This document shows positions 40,437-49,245 of a DNA stretch of 64,000 bases, in pieces. Numbering within the stretch: the stretch's first letter is position 1; every line of letters starts with the position of its first letter. Below the pieces are notes generated by a model. It was not told where the DNA came from and ran no database searches. It saw only the letters and a program-made list of their open reading frames with translations. Source of the DNA: Alphaproteobacteria bacterium (GTDB lineage Bacteria > Pseudomonadota > Alphaproteobacteria > UBA828); assembly GCA_965248825.1 (NCBI GenBank), contig CBDFKL010000006.1, positions 1,293,095 through 1,357,094 of the forward strand, in the 5' to 3' direction. The position numbers were made by a program, and so were the translations under genes.

Positions 40437-41345
40437 TCAGAGAGAGCCGATGCCGCCGCCGCGGTCGGACGGATCCGCCGCTTCGGGGGCGAGAGCCTCT
40501 GCCAGACTGGCCCTGCCGCTGCCGCGGCGGGCGGGCCTTTGCTGCGATTCGTGGGGCCGCCATCCCGCGAGATAGAGGATCTGGAACGTCGCCGGGATGC
40601 GACCATCCGATCGGCCGAACATGTCCTGATAGTACACGGCCATCTCGCGGAATGTCCCACGCCGCGCGAAATGCGTGGCGCGTCCCCGCGCCGCATTGGC
40701 CTCTCCCATGGCGCGCAAGTCATGCATGAGCGCGTCGGCGTTCTCATAGGTGACCGTGATCCGGTCGGTGTCGACGACCGGGAGCGCGAAGCCCGTCCGT
40801 TGAAGCAGGGCGCCCAGGTCCCGCACGTCGGGAAAGGGCGAGACATGCGGGCGGACCCCGCCTTCCTGGCCCGCCTCCGCGTGCAGAAACGCCTCGCGAA
40901 GCTCGAACAGGGTATCGCCGCCGAACATCGCCGCGAGCAGCAGGCCGTCGGGCTTGAGCGCGCGTGCGATCTGGACGAAGGCGCCGGGCAGATCGTTCAC
41001 CCAATGCAGGCTGAGCGCGCTGACCACGAGATCGAGCGAGGCGTCGCGAACCGGCAGCCACTCTTCATCGGCGACCACGCGGCACGGACCCGAGGCGCGT
41101 CGCGCCATGGCGTGAGAGAGGTCGGCTTCGACCAGCAGATCGAGCGCGTCGCGCCGGCGCAGCAATGGCCCGAGCTGGCCGGTGTGGCTCCCCAGGTCGA
41201 GCACGCGGGCGAAGCGGCGCTTGACGTCGTCGAGCCGGTTCACCAGCCGCTCGCCGACCTCGCGGACCAGGAAATCGCCGTGAACGTCGAAGCCGGGCGC
41301 GGCGCGGTCACGGTGAGCGCGGACCGCGGCGCGGTCGAAGACCAT
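40437..41345 (-). CDS. Class I SAM-dependent methyltransferase (alphaproteobacterial conserved; NDUFAF5/BioC-like)
   Basis: Contains SAM motif I VLDLGSHTGQLG and an acidic motif II (…LVVSALSLHWVND…). About 300 aa. It is divergent from comF, as in many alphaproteobacteria. Confidence 0.65.
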   Translation of the reverse strand: MVFDRAAVRAHRDRAAPGFDVHGDFLVREVGERLVNRLDDVKRRFARVLDLGSHTGQLGPLLRRRDALDLLVEADLSHAMARRASGPCRVVADEEWLPVRDASLDLVVSALSLHWVNDLPGAFVQIARALKPDGLLLAAMFGGDTLFELREAFLHAEAGQEGGVRPHVSPFPDVRDLGALLQRTGFALPVVDTDRITVTYENADALMHDLRAMGEANAARGRATHFARRGTFREMAVYYQDMFGRSDGRIPATFQILYLAGWRPHESQQRPARRGSGRASLAEALAPEAADPSDRGGGIGSL

Positions 41346-41434
41346 CGCCGGGTCGGCGCGGTCGGGTTGGTGTTCTCGCTGCGCCATCGCGCCGGTTATG
41401 TCATGATGATCGAGGGTCGAAAAGCACCGGGGCC

Positions 41435-42202
41435 ATGCGGGGTCGAGCGATAGCGGGACGGTTGGCGGGCTTTGGACGAACCGTCGCGACGACCGGGATC
41501 CACTTGGTGCTGCCGCCCTCCTGCCTCGCCTGCGACGCGCCAGTCGGCGTGGCCGGGACGCTGTGCCCGGCGTGTTGGACTCGCGTTTCGTTCATCACCC
41601 GGCCGTATTGCGAATGCTGCGGTCTGCCGTTTGAGATCGAGACGGCCGCGGGGGCGATCTGCGGCGCGTGCGCCGGATTGCCGCCGGTCTATGATCGAGC
41701 ACGCGCGGCATTTCTCTATCAAGGGGTCGGGCGCGAGCTGGTTCTTGCATTCAAGATGGCCGATCGCTCCTGGCTCGCGCCGCGGCTTGCGGATTGGTTG
41801 CACCGGGCGGCGGCGCCCCTGCTCCCGGACGCCGAGCTGGTGGTGCCGGTGCCGCTCCATCGCTGGCGGCTTCTGGCAAGGCGGTTCAACCAATCGGCGA
41901 TTCTAGCCGCGCTCGTCGCGCGCCGGGCGGATGCGGTGTTGGCGCCCGACCTGCTGGTGCGGACTCGCCGAACCGCTCCTCAGACCCGGCTTTCCGGCGG
42001 CGAACGGCGGCGCAATGTGCGGGGCGCGTTCTCGGTACGGCGCGGGCGCGAGGATATCGTGGCCGGACGACGTGTCCTTCTGGTGGACGACGTGCTGACC
42101 TCCGGCGCCACCGCCTCGGCCTGCGCCCGCGCCCTGCGCGCGGCGCGGGCTGCCTCGATCGACGTCGTGACCCTTGCGCGGGCGGTGCGCGACCGTCCAT
42201 GA
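41435..42202 (+). CDS. comF: ComF/GntX-family protein (double zinc-ribbon plus phosphoribosyltransferase domain)
   Basis: Contains N-terminal Cys pairs (CLACDAP…CPACW…CECCGLPF…CGAC) and the C-terminal PRTase motif VLLVDDVLTSGATA. Confidence 0.8.
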   Translation: MRGRAIAGRLAGFGRTVATTGIHLVLPPSCLACDAPVGVAGTLCPACWTRVSFITRPYCECCGLPFEIETAAGAICGACAGLPPVYDRARAAFLYQGVGRELVLAFKMADRSWLAPRLADWLHRAAAPLLPDAELVVPVPLHRWRLLARRFNQSAILAALVARRADAVLAPDLLVRTRRTAPQTRLSGGERRRNVRGAFSVRRGREDIVAGRRVLLVDDVLTSGATASACARALRAARAASIDVVTLARAVRDRP

Positions 42203-42226
42203 TGGCCGGACCGTGGAGGCCAGGAC

Positions 42227-43087
42227 ATGACCGAAACCGTTCGAGTCGCCTGCGTTCAGCCTTCGAGCGGCCAAGACCTCGATGAGAACCTCTGTGCCGC
42301 CGGTGCGTTGGTGCGCGAGGCTTGTGCGGATGGCGCCCAATTCGTCGCCTTGCCCGAGAACGTCGCTCTCATGGAGCACCGTACCGCGCTGGTGCAGGCG
42401 AGCGCCGCCCCGCTCACCAGCCATCCTGCGGTCGAGTTCTTCCGGTCTCTCGCGGAGGAAACCGGGGTCTGGATGCTCGCCGGCTCGATGGCGGCGACCG
42501 CCGGCGACGGCCGGGCCGCGAACCGTTCTGTGTTGATCGACCCCGCCGGCGTCATCGTCGCCACCTATGACAAGATCCACATGTTCGACGTCGACCTTCC
42601 GACGGGCGAGAGCTACCGCGAGAGTGAGGTTTTCCGGCCGGGCGGGCAGGCGGTGGTGGCGGAGACGCCCTGGGGCGGCCTCGGCATGACCGTCTGCTAC
42701 GATCTCCGCTTTCCGCAGCTTTATCGGGCGCTCGCGCACGCCGGCGCGCGCCTGATCACGGTCCCTGCCGCGTTTACCAAGCACACCGGGGAGGCCCATT
42801 GGCACGTCCTGCTGCGGGCACGCGCGATCGAGACCGGTTGTTTCGTGATCGCGCCGTGCATGTGGGGCAGCCACTCCGGTGATCGCAAGACCTACGGCCA
42901 CTCCCTGATCGTCGATCCGTGGGGCGAGGTCCTGGCGGACGGCGGCGAGGGCATCGGCATCGCCGCCGCCGATCTCGAGCTCACGCGGGTCGAGCGGGCG
43001 CGGGCGACCATCCCGGCGCTCGACCATGATCGCACGTTCCTCCCGCCGGCCCGGTCATCGCCGAGCGCCCGCCGCGCCGCGGGCTGA
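42227..43087 (+). CDS. Carbon-nitrogen hydrolase (Nit2/omega-amidase-like)
   Basis: Contains the nitrilase-superfamily catalytic context: Glu in …VALPENVALMEH…, Lys in …YDKIHMFD…, Cys in …GMTVCYDLRFPQL…. Confidence 0.8.
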   Translation: MTETVRVACVQPSSGQDLDENLCAAGALVREACADGAQFVALPENVALMEHRTALVQASAAPLTSHPAVEFFRSLAEETGVWMLAGSMAATAGDGRAANRSVLIDPAGVIVATYDKIHMFDVDLPTGESYRESEVFRPGGQAVVAETPWGGLGMTVCYDLRFPQLYRALAHAGARLITVPAAFTKHTGEAHWHVLLRARAIETGCFVIAPCMWGSHSGDRKTYGHSLIVDPWGEVLADGGEGIGIAAADLELTRVERARATIPALDHDRTFLPPARSSPSARRAAG

Positions 43088-43119
43088 CCGATCCGCGATC
43101 GAAGAAAACGGGCACGAAA

Positions 43120-43641
43120 TCATTTCCGTGCGCAGAGGCGCTGCACCATCGCGGGGCCTGGGTTCGAGATCTCGACGTTCTCATAGGCGATGACCGTGAG
43201 CCTCCCGGCTGCGAGCGCGAGCAACTCGCCGCGTTCGAGCAGGTAATCCGGGTTGCGGGGGCGGCCGAAACGCTCATTGCCGACGGCGAAGGTTTCGTAG
43301 AGGAAAATACCGCCCGGCTCGAGGCATTCAACGAGCGGGACGAGAAGTTGGCGAAACAAATAGTTGACTGCCACGACGGCATCGAACCGACGCCCTTCCA
43401 GCGGGTTGTCGGCGCCCTGCTCGAGGTCGGCCTGGACGATCTCGAGCAGGGGATCATCCCCGATGTCGGCCATGCCGGAGGCGTCGATATCGACCGCCAT
43501 GACCCGGTGGCCTCGCCCCCTCAGATAGCGGGCATGGCGGCCGGCGCCGCAAGCCAGATCGAGGACGGTGCCCTCGGTCGCAATCAGCGTTGCGAACCGG
43601 GTAATCCACGGTGAGGGGGTGGTCGATCGATGGCGTTGCAT
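43120..43641 (-). CDS. Small class I SAM-dependent methyltransferase
   Basis: 173-aa protein with motif I VLDLACGAGRHARYL and motif II FDAVVAVNYL. Confidence 0.65.
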   Translation of the reverse strand: MQRHRSTTPSPWITRFATLIATEGTVLDLACGAGRHARYLRGRGHRVMAVDIDASGMADIGDDPLLEIVQADLEQGADNPLEGRRFDAVVAVNYLFRQLLVPLVECLEPGGIFLYETFAVGNERFGRPRNPDYLLERGELLALAAGRLTVIAYENVEISNPGPAMVQRLCARK

Positions 43642-43736
43642 GGCAACCGGGTTCTCGGCGAAATCAAATAATGCGTTTATCTCAAGGACATTATGCTAGG
43701 CTTCGGTGAGTTTCGCAGCTTGCCGGGCGGGGTCCT

Positions 43737-44195
43737 ATGATCGTCTTTGACCTCAGATGCCGAAAGGACCATGTGTTCGAGGCCTATTTCGCCGACTCCG
43801 CGACCTATGAGGCGCAGGTGAAGCGGGGCGAGATCGCCTGTCCGGTCTGCGGCGACAGCAAGATCGCCAAAGCGCCGATGGCGCCGAACATCGCGGTCAG
43901 CGGCAAAGCGAAGGGTGAAACCGTGCCGGCTAAGGCGCCGGATCGCCAACGGACGCCGCCGCCTCCGGCGGAGATGGCCCAAGCGATCGCAACCCTGCGC
44001 AAGATGCGTTCCTTCATCGAGCAGAACTTCGACCATGTCGGCAAACGCTTCCCCGAGGAAGCACGCAAGATCCACTACGGCGACGTCGAGCGCCGCAACA
44101 TCTACGGCGATGCGACCCGGGAAGAAGCCGGTTCACTCGAGGAGGAGGGGATCGAGATCGGCGAGATCCCGTGGGTGCCGAGGCACGACGCCTGA
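43737..44195 (+). CDS. DUF1178-family zinc-ribbon protein (alphaproteobacterial conserved hypothetical)
   Basis: The N-terminus MIVFDLRCRKDHVFEAYFADSATYEAQVKRGEIACPVCGDSKIAKA is the typical DUF1178 CxxC-containing N-terminus. It is located beside ubiG, as usual. Confidence 0.55.
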   Translation: MIVFDLRCRKDHVFEAYFADSATYEAQVKRGEIACPVCGDSKIAKAPMAPNIAVSGKAKGETVPAKAPDRQRTPPPPAEMAQAIATLRKMRSFIEQNFDHVGKRFPEEARKIHYGDVERRNIYGDATREEAGSLEEEGIEIGEIPWVPRHDA

Positions 44196-44217
44196 GCGCG
44201 CATGGGATGGGGCGCGG

Positions 44218-45006
44218 TTAAGCCGGCGGTTTGCGCGCACACACCATGTAGTTCACCGACAGGTTCCGGCTCAGCGACCAGCGGCGTGCCAACGGGTTGT
44301 AGGTGACGCCGCTCATATCGGTGACGCCGAGGTCGCATCGTCGCAGGAGACGGACCATATCGGCCGGGCGAACGAAGCGCGACCAGTCGTGGGTGCCCAC
44401 GGGCAGCCAGCCGAGGATGCGCTCGGCCGCGACCACCGCCAGCGCATAGGCGGCGAGGGTACGGTTCAAGGTCGCGACGAACAGCGACCCGCCGGGCTCG
44501 AGAAGCGCTCCGCAGGCGGCGACGAAGGCATCGAGGTCGGCCACATGCTCCACGACCTCGAGCGCAAGCACGGCATCGAACCGTTCGCCATCCGCGGCGA
44601 GCGCCTCCGCCGTGCCGTGGCGGTAGTCGATCGTGAGCCCCTGCTCGGCCGCGTGGTGCTGCGCCGCTTGGACGTTACGATCCGCTGCATCGATCGCGAC
44701 GACCTCCGCGCCGAGCCGGCACAGGGGTTCGGCCATCAGACCACCGCCGCAGCCGACATCCAGAAGCCTGAGGCCGACCAGGGGCCGCAACGACGTCGCG
44801 TCACGATCATGGGCGGCGATCAACGCGTCCCGGACATAGGCAATGCGCACCGGATTCAGCGCATGCAGGGGCCGAAACGTCCCATTGGGATCCCACCAGC
44901 GGTCCGCGAGCGCCGCGAATCGCTCGATCTCTGCCGGATCGACACTGGCCGCGGGGGTCGGTTTCGCGGCATTCGGCGACGTCCGGTCATGCGACCCTTC
45001 AGCCAT
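44218..45006 (-). CDS. ubiG: Bifunctional 3-demethylubiquinol 3-O-methyltransferase / 2-polyprenyl-6-hydroxyphenol methylase
   Basis: Contains the UbiG N-terminal signature (…EIERFAALADRWWDPNGTFRPLHALNPVRIAYVRD…), SAM motif LLDVGCGGGLMAE, and the C-terminus …HDWSRF…. Confidence 0.85.
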   Translation of the reverse strand: MAEGSHDRTSPNAAKPTPAASVDPAEIERFAALADRWWDPNGTFRPLHALNPVRIAYVRDALIAAHDRDATSLRPLVGLRLLDVGCGGGLMAEPLCRLGAEVVAIDAADRNVQAAQHHAAEQGLTIDYRHGTAEALAADGERFDAVLALEVVEHVADLDAFVAACGALLEPGGSLFVATLNRTLAAYALAVVAAERILGWLPVGTHDWSRFVRPADMVRLLRRCDLGVTDMSGVTYNPLARRWSLSRNLSVNYMVCARKPPA

Positions 45007-45125
45007 TAACCCGTCCTTCCCATGGGCCGGCCGACCCCTTGCACGGTTGGAATCGAGCCAGTATGTAGGGGCAATTCCATGACCGGCAAGCGTCGCCTCC
45101 TCGACGCGCGGGCCGATCTCGTCCC

Positions 45126-46349
45126 ATGACCCTGATCGTTCACAAATACGGCGGCACGTCGCTGGCCGATCTCGATCGCATCAACACCGTCGCTGACCGG
45201 GTCAAGGCGGCGGCCGGTGGTGGCGATCGCGTGGCCGTGGTCGTCTCGGCCATGGCCGGCGTTACCGACCAGCTTGTTTCCTGGGTGCGCGCGGCGGGCC
45301 CGCTCCACGATGCCCGGGAATACGACACCGTGGCGGCGTCGGGAGAGCAGGTCACGGCCGGTCTGTTGGCCCTTGCCCTGCAAAAGCGCGGCGTCGCCGC
45401 CCGCTCGTGGTTGGGGTGGCAGATCCCGATACACACCGACGACGGACACGGGCGCGCCCGGATCGAGGAGATCGAAACGGCGGAATTGCATCGGCGCCTC
45501 GAACGTCGGGAAATCCCGGTCGTCGCCGGTTTTCAAGGCATTGGGCCGCTCGGTCGGATCACGACCCTCGGCCGGGGCGGCACCGACACCTCGGCCGTCG
45601 CGCTCGCCGCCGCACTCGGCGCGGATCGCTGCGACATCTTTACCGATGTCGAAGGCGTCTTCACCGCCGATCCGAGGATCGTTGCGAGCGCGCGCAAGCT
45701 GACTAAGATCACCTACGAGGAGATGCTCGAGCTTGCCTCGCTCGGCGCCAAGGTCTTGCAGACCCGCGCGGTCGAGTTGGCGATGAAGCAGCGGGTGCCG
45801 CTGCAGGTCGCTTCGAGTTTTTCCGATACCTCTGGGACATTCGTAGTCGATGAGGACGACATCGTGGAACAGGAGCGCGTCAGCGGAATCGCGTACAGCC
45901 GGGACGAAGCGAAGATCACCGTGGTCGGCGTGGCCGACCGCCCCGGCGTGGCGGCGCGGATTTTTGGGCCATTGGCGGACGGCAGCATCAATGTCGACAT
46001 GATCGTGCAGAACGTGTCCGCTGAAGGCACGACGGACCTCACCTTCACGGTCACGGAGGCCGATCTGGAGCGCTCGATCGCCGTCCTGGAGGACGCGAAG
46101 AGCGACGTGACGTTCGATCGTCTTATGGCCGACCCGAATGTGGTAAAGGTCTCGGTGATCGGGGTCGGCATGCGCAGCCATGCCGGGGTGGCACAGACCA
46201 TGTTCGCGGCGCTCGCCGACAAAGGCATCAATATCCAGGTGATCTCGACCTCGGAGATCAAGATCAGTGTGCTGGTCGCGGAGGAGTATACCGAGCTCGC
46301 CGTGCGAGCGCTGCACGCGGCCTATGGACTGGACGATCGTGAGCCCTGA
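45126..46349 (+). CDS. lysC: Aspartate kinase
   Basis: Contains the N-terminus LIVHKYGGTSLAD (amino-acid kinase family), two C-terminal ACT domains, and the alpha/beta internal start region. 407 aa. Confidence 0.9.
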   Translation: MTLIVHKYGGTSLADLDRINTVADRVKAAAGGGDRVAVVVSAMAGVTDQLVSWVRAAGPLHDAREYDTVAASGEQVTAGLLALALQKRGVAARSWLGWQIPIHTDDGHGRARIEEIETAELHRRLERREIPVVAGFQGIGPLGRITTLGRGGTDTSAVALAAALGADRCDIFTDVEGVFTADPRIVASARKLTKITYEEMLELASLGAKVLQTRAVELAMKQRVPLQVASSFSDTSGTFVVDEDDIVEQERVSGIAYSRDEAKITVVGVADRPGVAARIFGPLADGSINVDMIVQNVSAEGTTDLTFTVTEADLERSIAVLEDAKSDVTFDRLMADPNVVKVSVIGVGMRSHAGVAQTMFAALADKGINIQVISTSEIKISVLVAEEYTELAVRALHAAYGLDDREP

Positions 46350-47433
46350 AGCCCGTGCGCGCGCGCGCCGGCAGCTCGACTCCTACTGGGCGCGGGGGCG
46401 GGCGTTCCTCGGGACCCGATACGCGATCATGGGCGGCGCGATGTCGTGGGTCTCCGAGCGGAACTTGGTCGCCGCAATTTCCAACGCCGGCGGTTTCGGC
46501 GTCGTTGCAACGGGTTCGCTGAGCCCCGATCAGCTCGGGGCGGAAATTGACGGCGTTTATGAATGCTGCGACGAGCCGTTCGGCGTCAACATCATCGTCA
46601 TGCACCCTGAGCTCGACGCGCTGATCGCCACCTGTATCGAGCGGGACGTCGGACATGTGGTGCTGGCTGGGGGGATTCCGCCGCGCAACGCGATCGAGCG
46701 CCTGAAACGCGCCGACACTCGGGTGATCGCGTTCGCGCCCACGCTTCCGTTAGCGCGGCGGCTCGCCAGGCAGGGCATCGACGCGCTTATCATCGAGGGC
46801 ATGGAGGCGGGCGGTCATATCGGCCCGGTCTCGACCAATGTGCTGGCGCAGGAGGTGCTTCCCCATCTCGATGAGGTGCCGGTCTTCGTCGGAGGCGGGA
46901 TTGGGCGGGGGGATGCCGTGGCCTTGTACCTGGCGATGGGCGCCGCCGGCTGTCAGCTCGGAACGCGCTTCGTCTGTGCGACGGAATCAATCGCTCACCC
47001 CCGGTTCAAACAGGCGATGATCCGAGCCAATGCGCGCGACGCGCGGCTCTCTCTGCAGGTCGACCCCGATTTCCCGGTGATTCCCGTGCGCGCAATCAGC
47101 AACAGCGCGACCCACCGATTTGAAGAATTTCAACGGGAAACGATCGCGCGCTTTCGCGGCGGAGAGCTCGACCATAAGGAGGCGCAGCTCGCCATCGAGC
47201 ATTTCTGGGCCGGGGCGCTGCGCCGGGCCGCGATCGACGGGGATGTCGAGAGCGGCTCGTTGATGGCCGGCCAGAGTGTCGGCATGGTGACCACGGAGCA
47301 GCCGACAGGCGAGATCATCGCCGAGCTCGTCGATCAGGCTGTGGAGGTGATCGCGGCGAGCATGAATCTCGGGACGGCGGGAGGTCAACGGCCGCCGGCG
47401 CGCCGCCCAGGCCGGGCAGGCGTGGCGGACTGA
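46327..47433 (+). CDS. Nitronate monooxygenase (NMO / 2-nitropropane dioxygenase-like) family FMN protein
   Basis: Contains the TIM-barrel FMN motifs …IMGGAMSWVSERNLVAAISNAGGFGVVA… and …IEGMEAGGHIGP…. The start was set at MDWTIV, overlapping the lysC end by about 23 nt (uncertain; a later start is possible). Confidence 0.75.
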   Translation, partial: DWTIVSPEARARARRQLDSYWARGRAFLGTRYAIMGGAMSWVSERNLVAAISNAGGFGVVATGSLSPDQLGAEIDGVYECCDEPFGVNIIVMHPELDALIATCIERDVGHVVLAGGIPPRNAIERLKRADTRVIAFAPTLPLARRLARQGIDALIIEGMEAGGHIGPVSTNVLAQEVLPHLDEVPVFVGGGIGRGDAVALYLAMGAAGCQLGTRFVCATESIAHPRFKQAMIRANARDARLSLQVDPDFPVIPVRAISNSATHRFEEFQRETIARFRGGELDHKEAQLAIEHFWAGALRRAAIDGDVESGSLMAGQSVGMVTTEQPTGEIIAELVDQAVEVIAASMNLGTAGGQRPPARRPGRAGVAD

Positions 47434-47650
47434 CCGATTCAACCCCTGCGGCTGCGTGACAACGGGCGCTGATGAGCGCGTTCGGCCCCGATTGCCGGGG
47501 CTTGGCCGTTCGATGATGAGACGCCGCCCGAGATCGACGTCCTGTTGGAGCGGCTGAGGGACGAAGACGCGCTTGTTTCCCGTCTAGGAGTAAGCCGCCG
47601 CTGCGGTCGATCGCGCTCCGCCAAGGAGGCGCCTCACGGCCATTACCGTT

Positions 47651-49042
47651 GTCGAGAACAATGTGAACTGACCGGTTTATGTACCATATGAATTGACCGC
47701 TTCAGTTGTGGTTGCCGTGGCCCTGTGGGCAAGGCGCGTAGCGGCTTACCCACAGGGCCACGGCCGGTCGCGTCGAAGCGGATCACGCGGCCTGTCTGTG
47801 GCTTGTGTTGATGGGCGACCCGTCGGCCTGGTATCGGGCCAGGCAGCGCGGCCCATGGAAGACGGCGAGGGTGCGGTCGGGGTATTCGTGGACCCGGACC
47901 CTTGCCTTGACGTAGTGGCGGCGATGGCGGTCGGGCGGGATCGCCAGCACCAAGCGTTTGTAGCGCACGGTGTTGTCGTTGGAGACGGTGCGCTCCTGCT
48001 GCACGCAGAGGATGTCGTCGAGGGCACCGGCGAAGGGCACGAAGGCCGAACCCTCGGCTTCCGGCGGCACCGCGAAGCGGGCGTTGTGGCCTGGCAGGTA
48101 GAGCTCCTTGAGGAAGCGGTTGGCCTCGGCCATGTCTGTGATGCCGGCGAGCCTGAGCTCCTGGGGCAGGCGCTTCTGCAGGGTGGCGAACATGCGTTCC
48201 GAGCGCCCCCTTGCCTCGGGCGAGTAGGCCGGGATCAGCTCGATGCCGAGCTGGACCAAGGCGCGGCCGAACTGGGTCGGATTGTCCTTGTCGACCGTGC
48301 CGCCGGCCTCAGGCGTGTGCCAGTAGTGGCCGGCGCGGTCGGCATAGAGCGAGCAGAACAGCCCGCGCTCCCGGATCACCTCGTCCAGGGCGGTAAAGCT
48401 GCTCATGGTGCCCTCTTCGGCGACGAAGAAGGCCGAGTAGATCTCGCTGGTGGCGTCGTCCATGGTGACGATCAGATCCCACCACTGATCGGGGACCCAC
48501 GCGTGGCTCGAGCCGTCTTGATGCAGCATCATGCCGGGCAGCGCGCGGCGCGGCCGCTTGCGCCGGTGCGCCCCGCGCCTCGGCGCCGCCCGTCTTCGCC
48601 CGTGCGCCTGCAAGCTCAGCCGCACCCAGTTGTAGCTGCGCTTGAAGGCATGGTCCGCGACCAGCTTCTCGTGGAAATGCTTGGCCGTGAAGTCCCAGTA
48701 GCGGGTGTCGAACAGCGCCAACAGCGCCGTCACCTCGTCCACTGCCGCGCGCCGCGCCGAGACCCGGCCGAGACGGCGATCGTAGAGCCCTTCCGCGCCG
48801 TCCGCCTGGTAGCGGTCACGCCAGCGCCGGAAGGTGCGCTCTGAAACGCCGAGAACCTCCGCCGCCTCGGCCTGGCTCAAGCCACCCCGATGGGTGCGGC
48901 CGTAAATCTCCTCGAACTTCATCAATCTCAGTCCCTGCAACTGCTCTGTCCGGCGCATCCAAACCCTCCATAGCCTGGAGAGCTTCTAATTCCGGACAGA
49001 TCATCTGGTACATAAACCGGACATACCGTGTGTTAGCGACAC
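47651..49042. mobile_element. Insertion sequence, about 1392 bp, ISNCY-like (IS1202-group-type transposase), with imperfect about 45-bp terminal inverted repeats and a 17-bp flanking direct repeat TCACGGCCATTACCGTT
   Basis: Left inner end …gtgaactgaccggtttatgtaccatatgaattgacc… and the reverse complement of the right inner end …ccggtttatgtaccagatgatctg… share the core CCGGTTTATGTACCA. An identical 17-mer occurs at 47634-47650 and 49043-49059 immediately outside both ends. A single transposase ORF lies inside. Confidence 0.75.
47783..48958 (-). CDS. ISNCY-family (IS1202-like) DDE transposase
   Basis: 391-aa protein. It has an N-terminal HTH (…GGLSQAEAAEVLGVSERTFRRWRDRYQADGAEGLYDRRLG…) followed by an integrase-core DDE region (…LHQDGSSHAWVP…DDATSEIYSAFFVAEEGT…YADRAGHY…SPEARGRSERMF…). 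The family naming is from memory. Confidence 0.8.
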   Translation of the reverse strand: MRRTEQLQGLRLMKFEEIYGRTHRGGLSQAEAAEVLGVSERTFRRWRDRYQADGAEGLYDRRLGRVSARRAAVDEVTALLALFDTRYWDFTAKHFHEKLVADHAFKRSYNWVRLSLQAHGRRRAAPRRGAHRRKRPRRALPGMMLHQDGSSHAWVPDQWWDLIVTMDDATSEIYSAFFVAEEGTMSSFTALDEVIRERGLFCSLYADRAGHYWHTPEAGGTVDKDNPTQFGRALVQLGIELIPAYSPEARGRSERMFATLQKRLPQELRLAGITDMAEANRFLKELYLPGHNARFAVPPEAEGSAFVPFAGALDDILCVQQERTVSNDNTVRYKRLVLAIPPDRHRRHYVKARVRVHEYPDRTLAVFHGPRCLARYQADGSPINTSHRQAA

Positions 49043-49245
49043 TCACGGCCATTACCGTTTGCGCAAGAGAATGGTCAGTGATAGCTTCTTGAATTGCGGG
49101 AACATTTTGAGCAACATACCGGTCCGTGCCCTGGCCTCAAGACGCTGGAAAGTAATAAGCGAGGCGAAACGGAGGTGGGAGTAGGGCACGGAGCACGGCG
49201 GAAAACTGCAAGTGGTCGCCTAAGCGTGCGACGCCGGTAGCAGGC

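Noticed and set aside
41435-43087. Possible missing grxC between comF and the C-N hydrolase (common alphaproteobacterial order comF-grxC-hydrolase)
   Set aside because: Only a 24-nt spacer exists between comF and the hydrolase. There is no room for a gene and no remnant was seen, and synteny is not universal, so this was not reported as a deletion.
47693-48844. ORF 47693..48844+ (383 aa) inside the IS
   Set aside because: It is antisense to the transposase, which has clear HTH plus DDE integrase-core signatures. The plus-strand translation is featureless.
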